This document shows, piece after piece, positions 12,701 to 23,185 of a stretch of DNA of 64,000 nt (its first letter is position 1; the number at the start of each line of letters is the position of its first letter). The stretch is from contig CM074814.1 in the NCBI GenBank assembly GCA_037447605.1, positions 1 through 64,000 of the forward strand, given 5' to 3'. The notes under the pieces were generated by a model, which made no database searches, was not told the origin of the DNA, and saw only the letters and a program-made list of their open reading frames with translations. Origin of the DNA: Zygnema circumcarinatum SAG 698-1b. Lineage: Eukaryota > Plantae > Zygnematophyceae. Made by a program: the position numbers and the translations under genes.

Positions 12701-13646
12701 TATGGACTTGCAGTACGGTCGCTGGGAGTGCGTGACGGGTGCATAACCTGTGACAGGCAGTGTGCGAGCCTCTCGGACGACCCCTCCTTGTGCTCCTGCC
12801 AGTGCGTCTCTCAGGTACGGCCCCGCTCCGCCCTGTTCTGTGCGCGCGCTTGCAGCTGCTTGGCCGCGTCTTGGCGCTGAAGGGAAGGGGGAGGGGGCGG
12901 GCGCTGGGCAGGCTCCTGACCGCTGCTCGGCGTACTACACGATGCTGCGCTTCTTTGCGCGGACAGACATTCCGGATGGTTGGGAGTTTGCAGGCTACGG
13001 CCTGTGTACGCCTGACGCTTATGTGGGCGATTATGCAGGTTTCACACTGTTCCCCTCCACATTTTGCAGGAGTTAGCACGACTCACAGTCGGGAGAGGGA
13101 TGCATTTTCGTAACTTGTTTTTGACTTTTATTATGCATTATGCTGATTCTTTCTCATATCAGCTTCGTTGTCAATCAGCCTTCGTCCTGCTCGAGACCCC
13201 TCTAAGGCCCAACCCTGTCACCGCTACTGTGTGCAGATGTGGCTGCGTCGGTCAACGATCCGATCTTTTGGCCCCATCACACAAATGTCGATCGCGTTTT
13301 CGCATCGTGGCGGCTCCTGTATCCGCAGGGCAAGTGGGAGGACCTGAACTTCACGTACCCGAGTACGGACAACAGCGTGTTCCCGGACTACTTCAGCGCC
13401 ACCAACATCGTCAACGCCAGCGCGGCCTGGCCGGGCGTGCTCGCGCCCGGGGACGGCAACCCCAGTGGTGTGTGCGAGGGCCATGGGCTGTGGGACCAGA
13501 CGCTGCGCGGGACCTTCTCGGGGCTCTTCCGCAGCCTGGACGCCGCCACGCCGCACACCAATCTGGGCCTCCTGCAGAGCGTAGACGCACAGCTCTTCTC
13601 GCCCTTCGAAGCGGACTACGTGTACGACACGTACGAGGTCATGTAA
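9790..13646 (+). CDS. Secreted or signal-anchored tyrosinase (type-3 di-copper oxidase), 11 exons, not a plant PPO
   Basis: Exons 9790-9993 (GC donor), 10214-10349, 10691-10887, 11114-11256, 11380-11521, 11620-11755, 12015-12138, 12280-12419, 12567-12814, 12912-13038 and 13237-13646 are in phase. Motifs: YVRREVRSLS; CuA RH...GHNGPAFLPFHR; SVYWDY; LRSPEVNNPSPYLTR; CuB HVSAHNIIGG...SVNDPIFWPHHTNVDR. N-terminus is hydrophobic. Confidence 0.92.
11786..11935 (+). repeat. (CGGCT)30 perfect pentanucleotide microsatellite in a tyrosinase intron
   Basis: 150 bp of uninterrupted CGGCT inside intron 11756-12014. Confidence 0.97.
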
Positions 13647-14857
13647 AGTCTGAGAGGCAGAGTATGGGCTGGTCCCCTGTTCGGTTCACCCTTTACCCAT
13701 CGCACACAGCTACGGAGGCTGTCTTTGCCTTCTCGTCGCTTTTTTTAAATCATCGTTAATTGAGTTATGTGAACACACGGCTGGGTGCGAAAGCATGCCA
13801 TGCGAAAGTACGCTTCTAGGCGGGCAGCCGACTGTGTATTGCAAAGCCGGAAAGCATTGATTGTATCAAGATTGTACTCGTTTGTACGGTGTACATACAG
13901 CAGTAGTTGTGTATAGCTGTGTAGAGCAGGTTAGTGCTCCCCTCGTGTAGATTTGGGCACAATTTCTCTAGAAGGATAGGTAGGAAAACGGCACCATTGT
14001 CGGTCTTTTTAGGGCGATTTGTTGGCAGAGGCGGGGGAGGCTCTCCGTTGCTGCGTCATTATGAGGGCAGGCGGACGGCAGCAGGCGGAGGTGCATTCCA
14101 ATGGCGACGGAAATAGGGATAGAGAAGGTCGAAATCGACCCGGAGCAGGCGAGATTGAAGGGGCGAGCAGGCAGCAGGCCACTCAGAAAGCAGGGGAGGG
14201 CTTACAAAGAGTCAATATCTATTCCGTAGAGAGGCCTCTCGGATTCATGCATTGCAATTTGTTTAGAATCTTGTTGGAAGTCTAATGAACGCTTCCTTGT
14301 CAACAAACGGCGCTATCGTGCTTGCTGAACAAAATGAAAAGGAAAGTGTCCTGTAATGTTCTGCAGTCCTGTGTCCTGTCCTGAGTGTGCTGTAGCTGCC
14401 GTGTGCGTATATATGCCGATGGTCAAATTTATTCACCACTCATGACACATCAGAACACCATAGGAAACAATTGACGCTAAAGTGAACAAACACACACAGG
14501 GAACTGCAGGCCTGCACAGCCATCGCAGACTCGCACACGCTACGGCTGACCTAAGCAAGAAGAGAAAAGCGACTTCCAACCCCAGAGGGCTCAGGAGCTT
14601 CCGATGCAAAGGCTGCCATTTGAAGGAAACGTTTCAAGAAAGCAGAGCGCAGCAGCGACAACAAGGATCGGAAGCTCATCCCATTGTCTTGAAGCCCGCA
14701 CTGCGTGCCTCCTCACGGTCCATACAAAAACTAGGCGGTGGCCACTGGTGTGCCACGGCAAACATCTCTCCTCACAGGCATAGACTACGCTCCAAAACGA
14801 TCCAATCATCCGCGTAAGCTATTCCACTGCATCCTATTGGTGCGGCCTTCGTGCCCC

Positions 14858-17151
14858 TCAATACTCGTCAAAGTGAATAGCGCCTAGTTTCCAGACCACC
14901 CAGACTGTTGCAAACATGAGCATAGAGCTTGCAAAAAAGGACAAAATCAGAAGGATTTGCCCAGAATCCAGACTAAACCTCCACTTTTCTGCCTCAATCT
15001 CTTCTGCTGTCCTTCTCGGGTCATCAAAAATATTGGCCGGCGCTCTTGGCTGACCAGGCTTAACCTTATTCTCGAATTTATCTTCCTTAAACGCCTCTAA
15101 CAATTTCTTGCCCCCCGCAAACGAGGGGTTTGGTCGAATTGAACCCACTGCAGGCTTGGGAGAAGTGCCTTTCAACGCGGAAAGAGGATCTTCCCGTTTC
15201 GGCGCCTGAAAGGCCTTCCCGGGAGGAGATCCGAATGGGCTCTGTGGCGACTGGGGGGAGGGAAGGGTGGTGGGGGGTGCAAATGGGGACCTGCTTTTGG
15301 TCTCCGCAGAACTGGGCGGCGGTGACAACGACTCTCCAACAACAGACGCCGCTGAAGGGGCAGAAGGAGAGTTGGAAGGGGGGGAGAGACCCTTCAGTTC
15401 TTGCTCTCCTCCAGCTGCCCCTCCTTTAGCAGCTACCCGAGAGGAAAGCTTTCCAGGCGTGAACGGATTCAAAGGTAGGGCTGTGCCATTCGAAGATTGA
15501 GGTGCTTGTTGTGCTCCCATCCTCTGGCTGCCCGGCCCCCCTGGACTGCCGCCGGTGCTACTTCCCTCCGGGCCATCATCTCCACCAGCAGGACTGCTGC
15601 CGCCAGGCTCCGCCTGCTGCCCCTCTATGGCTGTGGCTCTCACCCTGGAACACCGTCTCCCGTTCGTCAAACTCGTTCCGGCCTTCAAAACAGCAGCTCT
15701 CAAAGGCGCCTGCTCTCCACAAACTCCGCATCCTAAACCCTCCACGCTGCGCCATGGCTGACGACTGCCCAAGCCCTGCATGCCACGACGCCCCTTCTCC
15801 CGATTCTTGAGCAAAACCATCAGCTTCCTCCAACGTCCTCCCACCCCCCCCTGCCCCCCGTCCGGATACTACCTTGCCTCTCCACGCAGTGTTTAGATTT
15901 AGCCCTTCCAACATTCTTCAACCACTTTACGTCAGAGATAAGAGCTGTCCTCTCAGGGAAAACAATAAACGTGCATCCCCTTCATTGGGATATAATACAT
16001 CGGTAACTGACCCATTTCATCGGCAATACATTCCACTAAATCATCCGGAACAAGCACATTGATCCACTGAAAGCATTCATCGTAGTAATAATATACGGCA
16101 GCAATAATATACATAACTGAAATTTTGAAACCTCTACCGAATAAAAAAAAAGCTGAACATCAGAAGCAGACCACTGGCTCACATACTTGCTAAAAAATAA
16201 CAGATTACAGATAACAGATTTTCCACCAGGCGACTACTTGCGAATCGCATCCTTACGAAACGATCAAGGCCAAAGCGCCTCTACCATTGCAGCTCGCGGA
16301 AACACCTGACACTGGCTTCCAGTTCTTCGCTTCAAAGAAAGGGTCCCCAGGTGACCAGAAACACGTCCCCTGCTTGTTGCTTCATAAACAAGCAACTGCC
16401 ACGTGCTTCCGCTCTGGAAGCGGCACCTCAAAACACTACGCCACAGACCATAGAAGAATTTCCCGTCTCGCGACACTACACCCCTGCAGCACTATGACGC
16501 ACCGAGGATATCCGCCCTCCCCTCCACACGCCGATTGCGCGAGACAAGAGGTCGGTCCCCGCAGTGCTGCCATTGGACTTGCAAGACCCTGACGCTCCCG
16601 CTGTGCACTGCTGCAAGCATTTGGCCCTGTGCGCCGACGAAGAGGGTCCGATTACGAAAACGACCTAGACTCTGCAAAATAAATAGAACGCCACGGCCAG
16701 CTAAAGGCAACGCGCGGGAGTAGAATTTCCCGGAGCCCACGGAGAGTGACGACGACGCGGGGAGAAATCTGTGAAAAAGCTCAGAGACTTGGGGAAGGGC
16801 GCGGGTCACTGGGTTTCACGCGTACTGGCGCGCTGAGAGAGCGAGCTTGTACAGCCACGATGGCGACGGCGCGCTTGGCGATGCGAACATTGAAGGGCTG
16901 CCACGAGCAGCAGCTCCAGGGCTCGGAGCATAAACCCTCGGTTTCTGCCTGAGCTCCAGCGAGCAGCCCACCGTGCCCGCATGCATCCGCGCGCTAAGCC
17001 CCTGGACGTCTCCCAGAGCTGAGCTCACCAGAAAGGTCGGCCGAGCGCGCGCTTCTCTCACGCCGCGTGCAGACGCCGAAAGCGAAGGCTCCCGCTGGAG
17101 CGCCACGCGGCGTGACGGCAGCAGCGAGGCGGTGTGGGCGGCCATGGCCAT
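14858..17151 (-). CDS. Probable plastid-targeted, Pro/Ser-rich protein with one C-terminal TM helix, unknown function, 2 exons
   Basis: Exon 1 17151-17029 (MAMAAHTASLLPSRR...PTFL|gtgagc) splices in phase to exon 2 15709-14858 (cag|APLRAAVLK...). The N-terminus is transit-peptide-like and the C-terminus is DSGQILLILSFFASSMLMFATVWVVWKLGAIHFDEY. Confidence 0.75.
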
Positions 17152-17495
17152 GGCGGGCGGGCGGGCGGGCGGGCGGGCGGGCGCGGGGCGACGACCGGCG
17201 CACGCATCGCAGCCCTGGTCGCGCCCGCCCGCCCTCCCTCCGCGATCCGTACGGTCTTTAGGGATCAGGATCACTGTTGCGAGCGTGCAACTGTACGGAC
17301 ATAATGACTCGTGACTAAGTGAGTCACGGACTCACGGAGTCACGGGTCACCCGACTCCCCTAGGCCCGAGGCCCTACGCCCTACGCGGCTACCTACCTAC
17401 CTACCGTACGGGTGCGGAGTGCGGTGGGAGAGGGCGCGCCTCCGCTGAGGGAGGGAGGGCAGGACCGCACGGGCGGACGGGCGTGCGGTACAGTA

Positions 17496-17903
17496 GGGAG
17501 CAAGCAGGGAGCAGGGAGCAGGGAGCAAGCAGGGAGCAGGGAGCAGGGAGCAAGCAGGGAGCAGGGAGCAGGGAGCAAGCAGGGAGCAGGGAGCAGGGAG
17601 CAAGCAGGGAGCAGGGAGCAGGGAGCAAGCAGGGAGGGAGCAAGCAGGAGCAGGAAGCAGCAGGGAGCAGGGAGCAAGCAGGGAGCAGGGAGCAGGGAGC
17701 AGGGAGCAGGGAGCAGGGAGCAGGGAGCAGGGAGCAGGGAGCAGGGAGCAGGGAGCAGGGAGCAAGCAGGGAGCAGGGAGCAGGGAGCAAGCAGGGAGCA
17801 GGGAGCAGGGAGCAGGGAGCAGGGAGCAGGGAGCAGGGAGCAAGCAGGGAGCAGGAAGCAAGCAGGGAGCAGGAAGCAAGCAGGGAGCAGGGAGCAGGGA
17901 GCA
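17496..17903 (+). repeat. Minisatellite of GGGAGCA (7-mer) and GGGAGCAAGCA (11-mer) units
   Basis: ~410 bp of mixed 7- and 11-bp units. The final A of the last GGGAGCA unit is the A of ATG 17903. Confidence 0.95.
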
Positions 17904-18202
17904 TGGCGGCCGCGGCAGCGACTGTTGTCCTTAGTAAAAGGGGGCACGAGAAGAAGGCCTCCAAGGAGGACGTTAACCCCTTCAACATTACGAAAAAGCC
18001 CTCTCCCAAAATGGAAAACCACGATCCCTTCAACATCCGACACGCGGAGGTGGCGGGCGGCGCATCCGTAGTCTCGAAGGAGGGTAGTAATGAAGCGCAA
18101 CCTTCCGGCGGAATGTTTCCCGGATCTCACTTCAGCCTGCATGCAAAGCGGGACCTTGGCGACAAGGACGACTCCTCTCCTCTTCTGAAGCCGTCCAAGT
18201 AG
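17903..18202 (+). CDS. Small (99 aa) hydrophilic, probably disordered orphan protein
   Basis: ATG in GCATGG context opens a single ORF MAAAAATVVLSKRGHEKKASKEDVNPFNITKKPSPKMENHDPFNIRH...DDSSPLLKPSK*. It is divergent from the gene starting at 17151. No family recognised. Confidence 0.5.
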   Translation: MAAAAATVVLSKRGHEKKASKEDVNPFNITKKPSPKMENHDPFNIRHAEVAGGASVVSKEGSNEAQPSGGMFPGSHFSLHAKRDLGDKDDSSPLLKPSK

Positions 18203-19792
18203 TGCAGAGGACGGATTATTTGCTTCTGTCTGGAGGGAGCTCGACGAGTGAGGGCGTGTCTCGATAAAGGGGCCTTTGTAATCACAAACCGGGAGGTAGG
18301 TTTTAGCAAGACAAAGTGAAGACCCTCTGCCATCCAAATGTGTTTCCCAAAGAAAATAAGATATGGCGCTCGTCTGTAATAATAGTTTTCTGCGAAAGAC
18401 CAGCGACAGAGGAGGTGCCGGGCGATGCCGCCATGCATTCGTGCCTGCGCATAAGCTCATAGGTTGGCTTTTGCGGCCGCTCTCAAGACGTTCAGGGCGG
18501 TGGTGTCGGCTGCCGGCAGAGCTGGGCCGCCGAGCAGCTCGCTGCGCAGAAAGCGAATATGGCGGGGCTACTGTCCCGCTCGTGCGTTCAGACTCTTCAC
18601 TACTCCAAACGTCTCTTGTGTTATCTTCTGTAATGTCTGCGCTGTCTGTCTGGTGTACAGGTTAGTTCGTGTCAGTAGGGAGAATAAATGACTGCAACGT
18701 TATAGTTTGCTAAATTGCCACTGGCTCATCCAGCTAGCTCTTACTGCTTTCCCCTTTTTATTTTTCGACGCTGTTTTGTCACACTTTTGCCCCTTGCATG
18801 CCGCCTCCAACATGAGGTTGGGAGGGCACGATTGTTAAACGGAACAAGGGAACTCTGCGGCTCAATAGCATCTCAAGCTTGTCTTTTCAAGCATTTATTT
18901 TTTGCTGAAGGAACATTTCCGCTGCCGCATGTTTTCTTGATTCTGATTGAGGTGGGACTCAGGTTGTGACTTCAAAGTGTTTTTTGGAAAACTGTTATCT
19001 AAGTTAGTCCGTCAGTGAACAAATGGTTGAACTGTCTGAACTGGCAGAACTCATGCGGCGATGGATGCGGTGCCGCGAGGTCCTGTTTTGCCAGAGCGCA
19101 CTGCAGTCGGTGACTTAAGTTGTGTGTCCAAGTCAGCCTGTCAACTCAGATTCTGCCATCATTGCCCAAAGCACTGCGTGTTGTCGGGCTCTGGCTAGGT
19201 TAGGTCTCGTGTGTGTGTGACTGAAGCGGCAGTGGATTCAGGGTTGTTCGGCGTGTGGGAATTCAAAACCTGTGAGGGTTTTGCCCGAGCAGTTTCATGA
19301 TTGAATTGAAACTTCCATGGGCTTCAACTGAACAAACCCAAGCAGTTGGAGCGTTCGACACGTCTGAGAACTTCGCATAGGAACAGAAAATCTGACCAGC
19401 ACCTGGCGCATGTTGACGGTTAATCAACGTAACAATGAAAAGATGAGACAACATTCGTATGCACTTCTAGCACGATAGCAGAGACCACATATGAAAATAT
19501 CCCATAATTATTACATTTCGGAACCATCCAAGGCGAAATTAAAGGTCCTTAGAAATTTGTTGCAGTTTGGTCGTTTGACAGTGCCGTCAGCAGCATCGGA
19601 AATAAACGCTTTGAGGTTCCGAACATGAGGTTTATTTGCGAGTGGCGAGGGTCCGGTCCGTGCTAATGCCCAGGCCTCTTGTCCACTGGCTTTGTCGTGA
19701 AGTTGCAGACCAGACCAGACCAGACCAGACCAGACCGAGTCAGGTAGTAGCGGTTGCGAGCCGTCCGTCGGTCCGCACTTGCGGGTCGAGAC

Positions 19793-20167
19793 TAGGGATG
19801 GCTTAATTACGACTATATAATCTATATTATATTATATAACTGTGACGACTAAATAACGGCTGTTATATAATACTTTACAACGCCTTTACAACACGTACGG
19901 TCGTACGGTCATACGACTGTACGGTATTATGCGGTGACGACAGAGTGAACCAGACGGACGCATTTCGCAACGCCAACGCCAAAACGACCTAATTTTGGTA
20001 TGGTACGACCGTACGACCGTACGAGTACGGTCGTACGGTCGTTAATTGTTCAAAACGAGTGGGTATAATATATGTAATAAAATGTTTTACTTTGTACTAT
20101 ATTACTACTTTTAAACCCGTTGTAAAGTATATAATATAGTCGGACTTTATAACGCGGGCCATCCCTA
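19793..20167. mobile_element. Non-autonomous hAT-superfamily MITE (375 bp) with 8-bp TSD
   Basis: Perfect 10-bp TIRs TAGGGATGGC (19793-19802) and GCCATCCCTA (20158-20167), similar to Ac/Ds-type ends. Identical 8-bp flanks GTCGAGAC at 19785-19792 and 20168-20175. AT-rich interior with subterminal inverted repeat TACTTTACAACG/CGTTGTAAAGTA and CGTACG(G/A) repeats. Confidence 0.92.
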
Positions 20168-20694
20168 GTCGAGACTAGAGAGCCGCTCGGACCAGCGCAG
20201 CGCTTGCTGCACGCCGACTGCCGACTGCCGACTGCCGACTGCCGACCGCGGTCGGTCCAAGGGACGGATATTGGGTCATGAGATATATCGTATCGCATAT
20301 TATCGTACAATGCCGATAAATACTGCGATTTGCGAGCGACACTCTCTTTCCTCGGTCTCGGTCTCGGTCTCGGTTCGGTTCGGATCGGATCGGTTCGTTT
20401 CGGTTCGGTTCGGTTCGGCTCGGTTCTCTCCGGCTCGGCTCGGTTGGTTGGTTGCTCCGCCGGCCGCCCGCGGGGGGCGCGCGGTTGGCTGCTTGCTGCT
20501 GCTGACTGCTGGAGGAGAAGCAGAAGCAGGAGCAGGAGCAGGAAGTAGCGCGCTAGGGTTTCGCCGGGTGGAGAGCTGCCCTTCCTTCCGCGGTGCTGCG
20601 GGCGGCTGGGCTCGGCTGGGCTGGGCGGGGCTGTGTACAGCGCTGCGCGTATCTCGCTGGTGCAGGGGCGCGAGGGTCTGTTCTCTGCTGCGCG

Positions 20695-21018
20695 ATGGCG
20701 AAGGGGTCGCAGAGCCAGGCGGCTGTCTCCGTGGCGCGCGGTGGCGCGTCAAGCGGCGCCAGCGGCTCGGCGCGCGCTCCTCCCCCGGGCGTGGTGGCGA
20801 GGGGTGCGGGCCCTGCAGGCCTTCGGAGAAGGCGCACTGCTGGAGGTGGGGGGGGAGGCTTTAGCGGGCAGGGGAACAACATGCTGCGGTTCTATACAGA
20901 CGATGCTCCTGGCCTCAAGATCACTCCTACTGTCGTCCTCGTCATGAGCCTCTGCTTTATTGCCTTTGTTACTGCTCTGCACGTCATCGGCAAACTCTAC
21001 GGCTCACGGTCGTCATAG
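20695..21018 (+). CDS. SEC61B: Protein transport protein Sec61 subunit beta
   Basis: Single coding exon MAKGSQSQ...LRRRR...[40 protein letters not shown], with the canonical [11 protein letters not shown] motif and a C-terminal TM helix. Confidence 0.98.
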   Translation: MAKGSQSQAAVSVARGGASSGASGSARAPPPGVVARGAGPAGLRRRRTAGGGGGGFSGQGNNMLRFYTDDAPGLKITPTVVLVMSLCFIAFVTALHVIGKLYGSRSS

Positions 21019-23185
21019 AAAGCAGCTTGATTGGCATGTTATGAAGTAGCGGATATGCACTGAATTTCTGAATTCGAGGGAGATCTGGCAAGCGAATTTC
21101 ATGTGATCTAACACCTTTCGAGTCGTTAGCTGAGATGTAGGGTTAACGACTTGCACTCAGTTGCGCTTTGCATCAACATCCTCTGATTTTGCAAACGACG
21201 GAATAACTTACGGATTGCTACTGGCAGAGTTGTTGTAAAGCACACCTTATTGTTCGTTGAGGTCCTTGTGAGTTAAGCTTTCTTTCCTTCGGAACCACGT
21301 GTGCCTGCAATGTTAGGCACGAAGTTTTCCTTCGGAGCCACATATGCCAGCAATGGAAATTAAGAGTGTTCTCGCTCTTCAGCAAGCCCTGTCTCTATCA
21401 TCTCTTAGAGTATTTCTCACTCCTTTCTTGTCCCCGGGCACTGTGGATGTATTGCTATCGAAGGTCATAGATATTCCTGTTCTGCATGAACTGGATCTGG
21501 GAGATGGGGCGAGAGTGTCATGTGGTTGTGCAGTCGATTGCCCCCCCGGCCCCTCCAATTGTTTCCGGGCCACTTCAACTTTGCAGACTCTTGGACGATG
21601 GCGAGGCATTCTCCTCACAGCAGCTGCGGTTCCCATCGCTTCTAATCATACTCTTTTGCTTGTTTCCTGCTTCTCGTCATCTACTACTGTGCCACGCTCT
21701 ATGCTGCATCTTCACCCTCTTCTCCTCTCCCCGTTCCTTACCTCTCCCTCTTCTCCTTCCTCGTCTTTCCTTTCCTATCTCCCACTTCTCCGTCCTCTTC
21801 GCTCTTGTCCCCTCCGCCTCTTTACCTGCCTCTTGTCATTTTTTCCTTTCCCTCTATCTGCCTCATCCTCTTCTCTGCCCCCTACGCCCCCAAAGTGTGT
21901 CCTGTGCCTATGCAACACCATGCTGGCAATGTTTAGTTCAGGGATGCTAGCGCCTACACTGCACTGTGGATACAGCTTCTGAACCGCGCGATTGGGATTC
22001 TGTGTGCCTAAACTCAACCTTTGCGAACAAAAGTCCCATCGAGGCAGTTACATGGTGGACAGTTGAGCTTGGTGCCACTGGGGTGCTCTATAGGGCGTTG
22101 CAAGGAATGTTTTATGTTGTTTCACATGGTGGAATCTGAATGCAGCTACGAGAAGCTTGCAGTATCCCACAGCAAGTTCCTGTTCCACGTTCACATCGGG
22201 TTCATCTCCTCCGACATGCGTGCGTCCTACATGGTGTCAGGAATCCGTTTTCTGCCCCAAGTAGCTTGTAATCCGGCATTTGATGTCGAGCCATGTGATG
22301 CATGAGAGACTTCATTGAGTCGATGTGCAAAAGCTGATTCATGCACTTGTCTGCTGACTGCTCCGTCATTCAGAACTCTAAGAGTAATGTTCTTCAAGAA
22401 TGTTTCACTTCTACCGTAGTGCCATTTTTTAGTTTGAATAGAAGACTTTGTGAATAGAATTGAAGGTTTACGCACGTTTCTTCCTGTTATCGTTCTGCAT
22501 TGAGGGGCAGTGGAATACGTCAATATTCCCCTAATTTCTTCGCTCACCCTGATCCTCAAAGGCGTTGGAAAAGGTATCTGATCCACAACTGCAAGTTACA
22601 CTACAATTCATTCACAATTCAATTGACTAAAAGTCGGCTAAAATTACAAATTAATTACAGATCAGTTCCATTATATCCGCATTTTTTCCCCTTCAAATCT
22701 CATTTCTTCCCGGCAAAGAAGCCGGCGGGCAGAGTAGTTCCATCTGCTTTCATCGCCCACTTAAGAAACCCTCAAATTACCCCTTGTATGGTGCGGCCCT
22801 GTGTACGGACCCGTGCTACCAGCTCGGAGGTGGTTTGGGCTTTGGGATGCCGAACACTCGCAGCGACTTAAATGACTCAGCCATTGAACGCACAAGTCCA
22901 AGGTTTTGTTATTATACATTTAGACGAAAAAGAACACAGCCCCGGCACTTCGACAAGCCACATCGTCAGGCACCGCCGTCAACTAGCCCACGGTGCATGT
23001 CTGTTTCCAATTGAGACCGCATCAGGTCGTTCTTTACTTACAGACACCCTTGGGGCGTAACAAATGTACACGTCACATTCTAATGAAGCCAAAACCGAGT
23101 CATCGACATCCAGTGTCACAAGCTAAAGACCTTAAAATATATTTGGAAACTTCGTATGCCTACTCGTCAAGCCTACTGCCTGCGC

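Noticed and set aside
17393-18460. Long ORFs rich in LLPAPCS or SREQGAG repeats
   Set aside because: They are translations of the GGGAGCA minisatellite without an upstream ATG. Only the ATG-initiated 17903-18202 part is retained.
21344-21982. 212-aa ATG-initiated ORF downstream of SEC61B
   Set aside because: No recognisable domain. The second half is a translated pyrimidine-rich low-complexity tract, and no convincing splice partners were found.
22021-22330. Possible hAT dimerisation-domain remnant (two WW-containing fragments and an SS...C.R..W-like stretch)
   Set aside because: The similarity is too weak and is split across frames. It needs a profile search (Dimer_Tnp_hAT PF05699) before any call.
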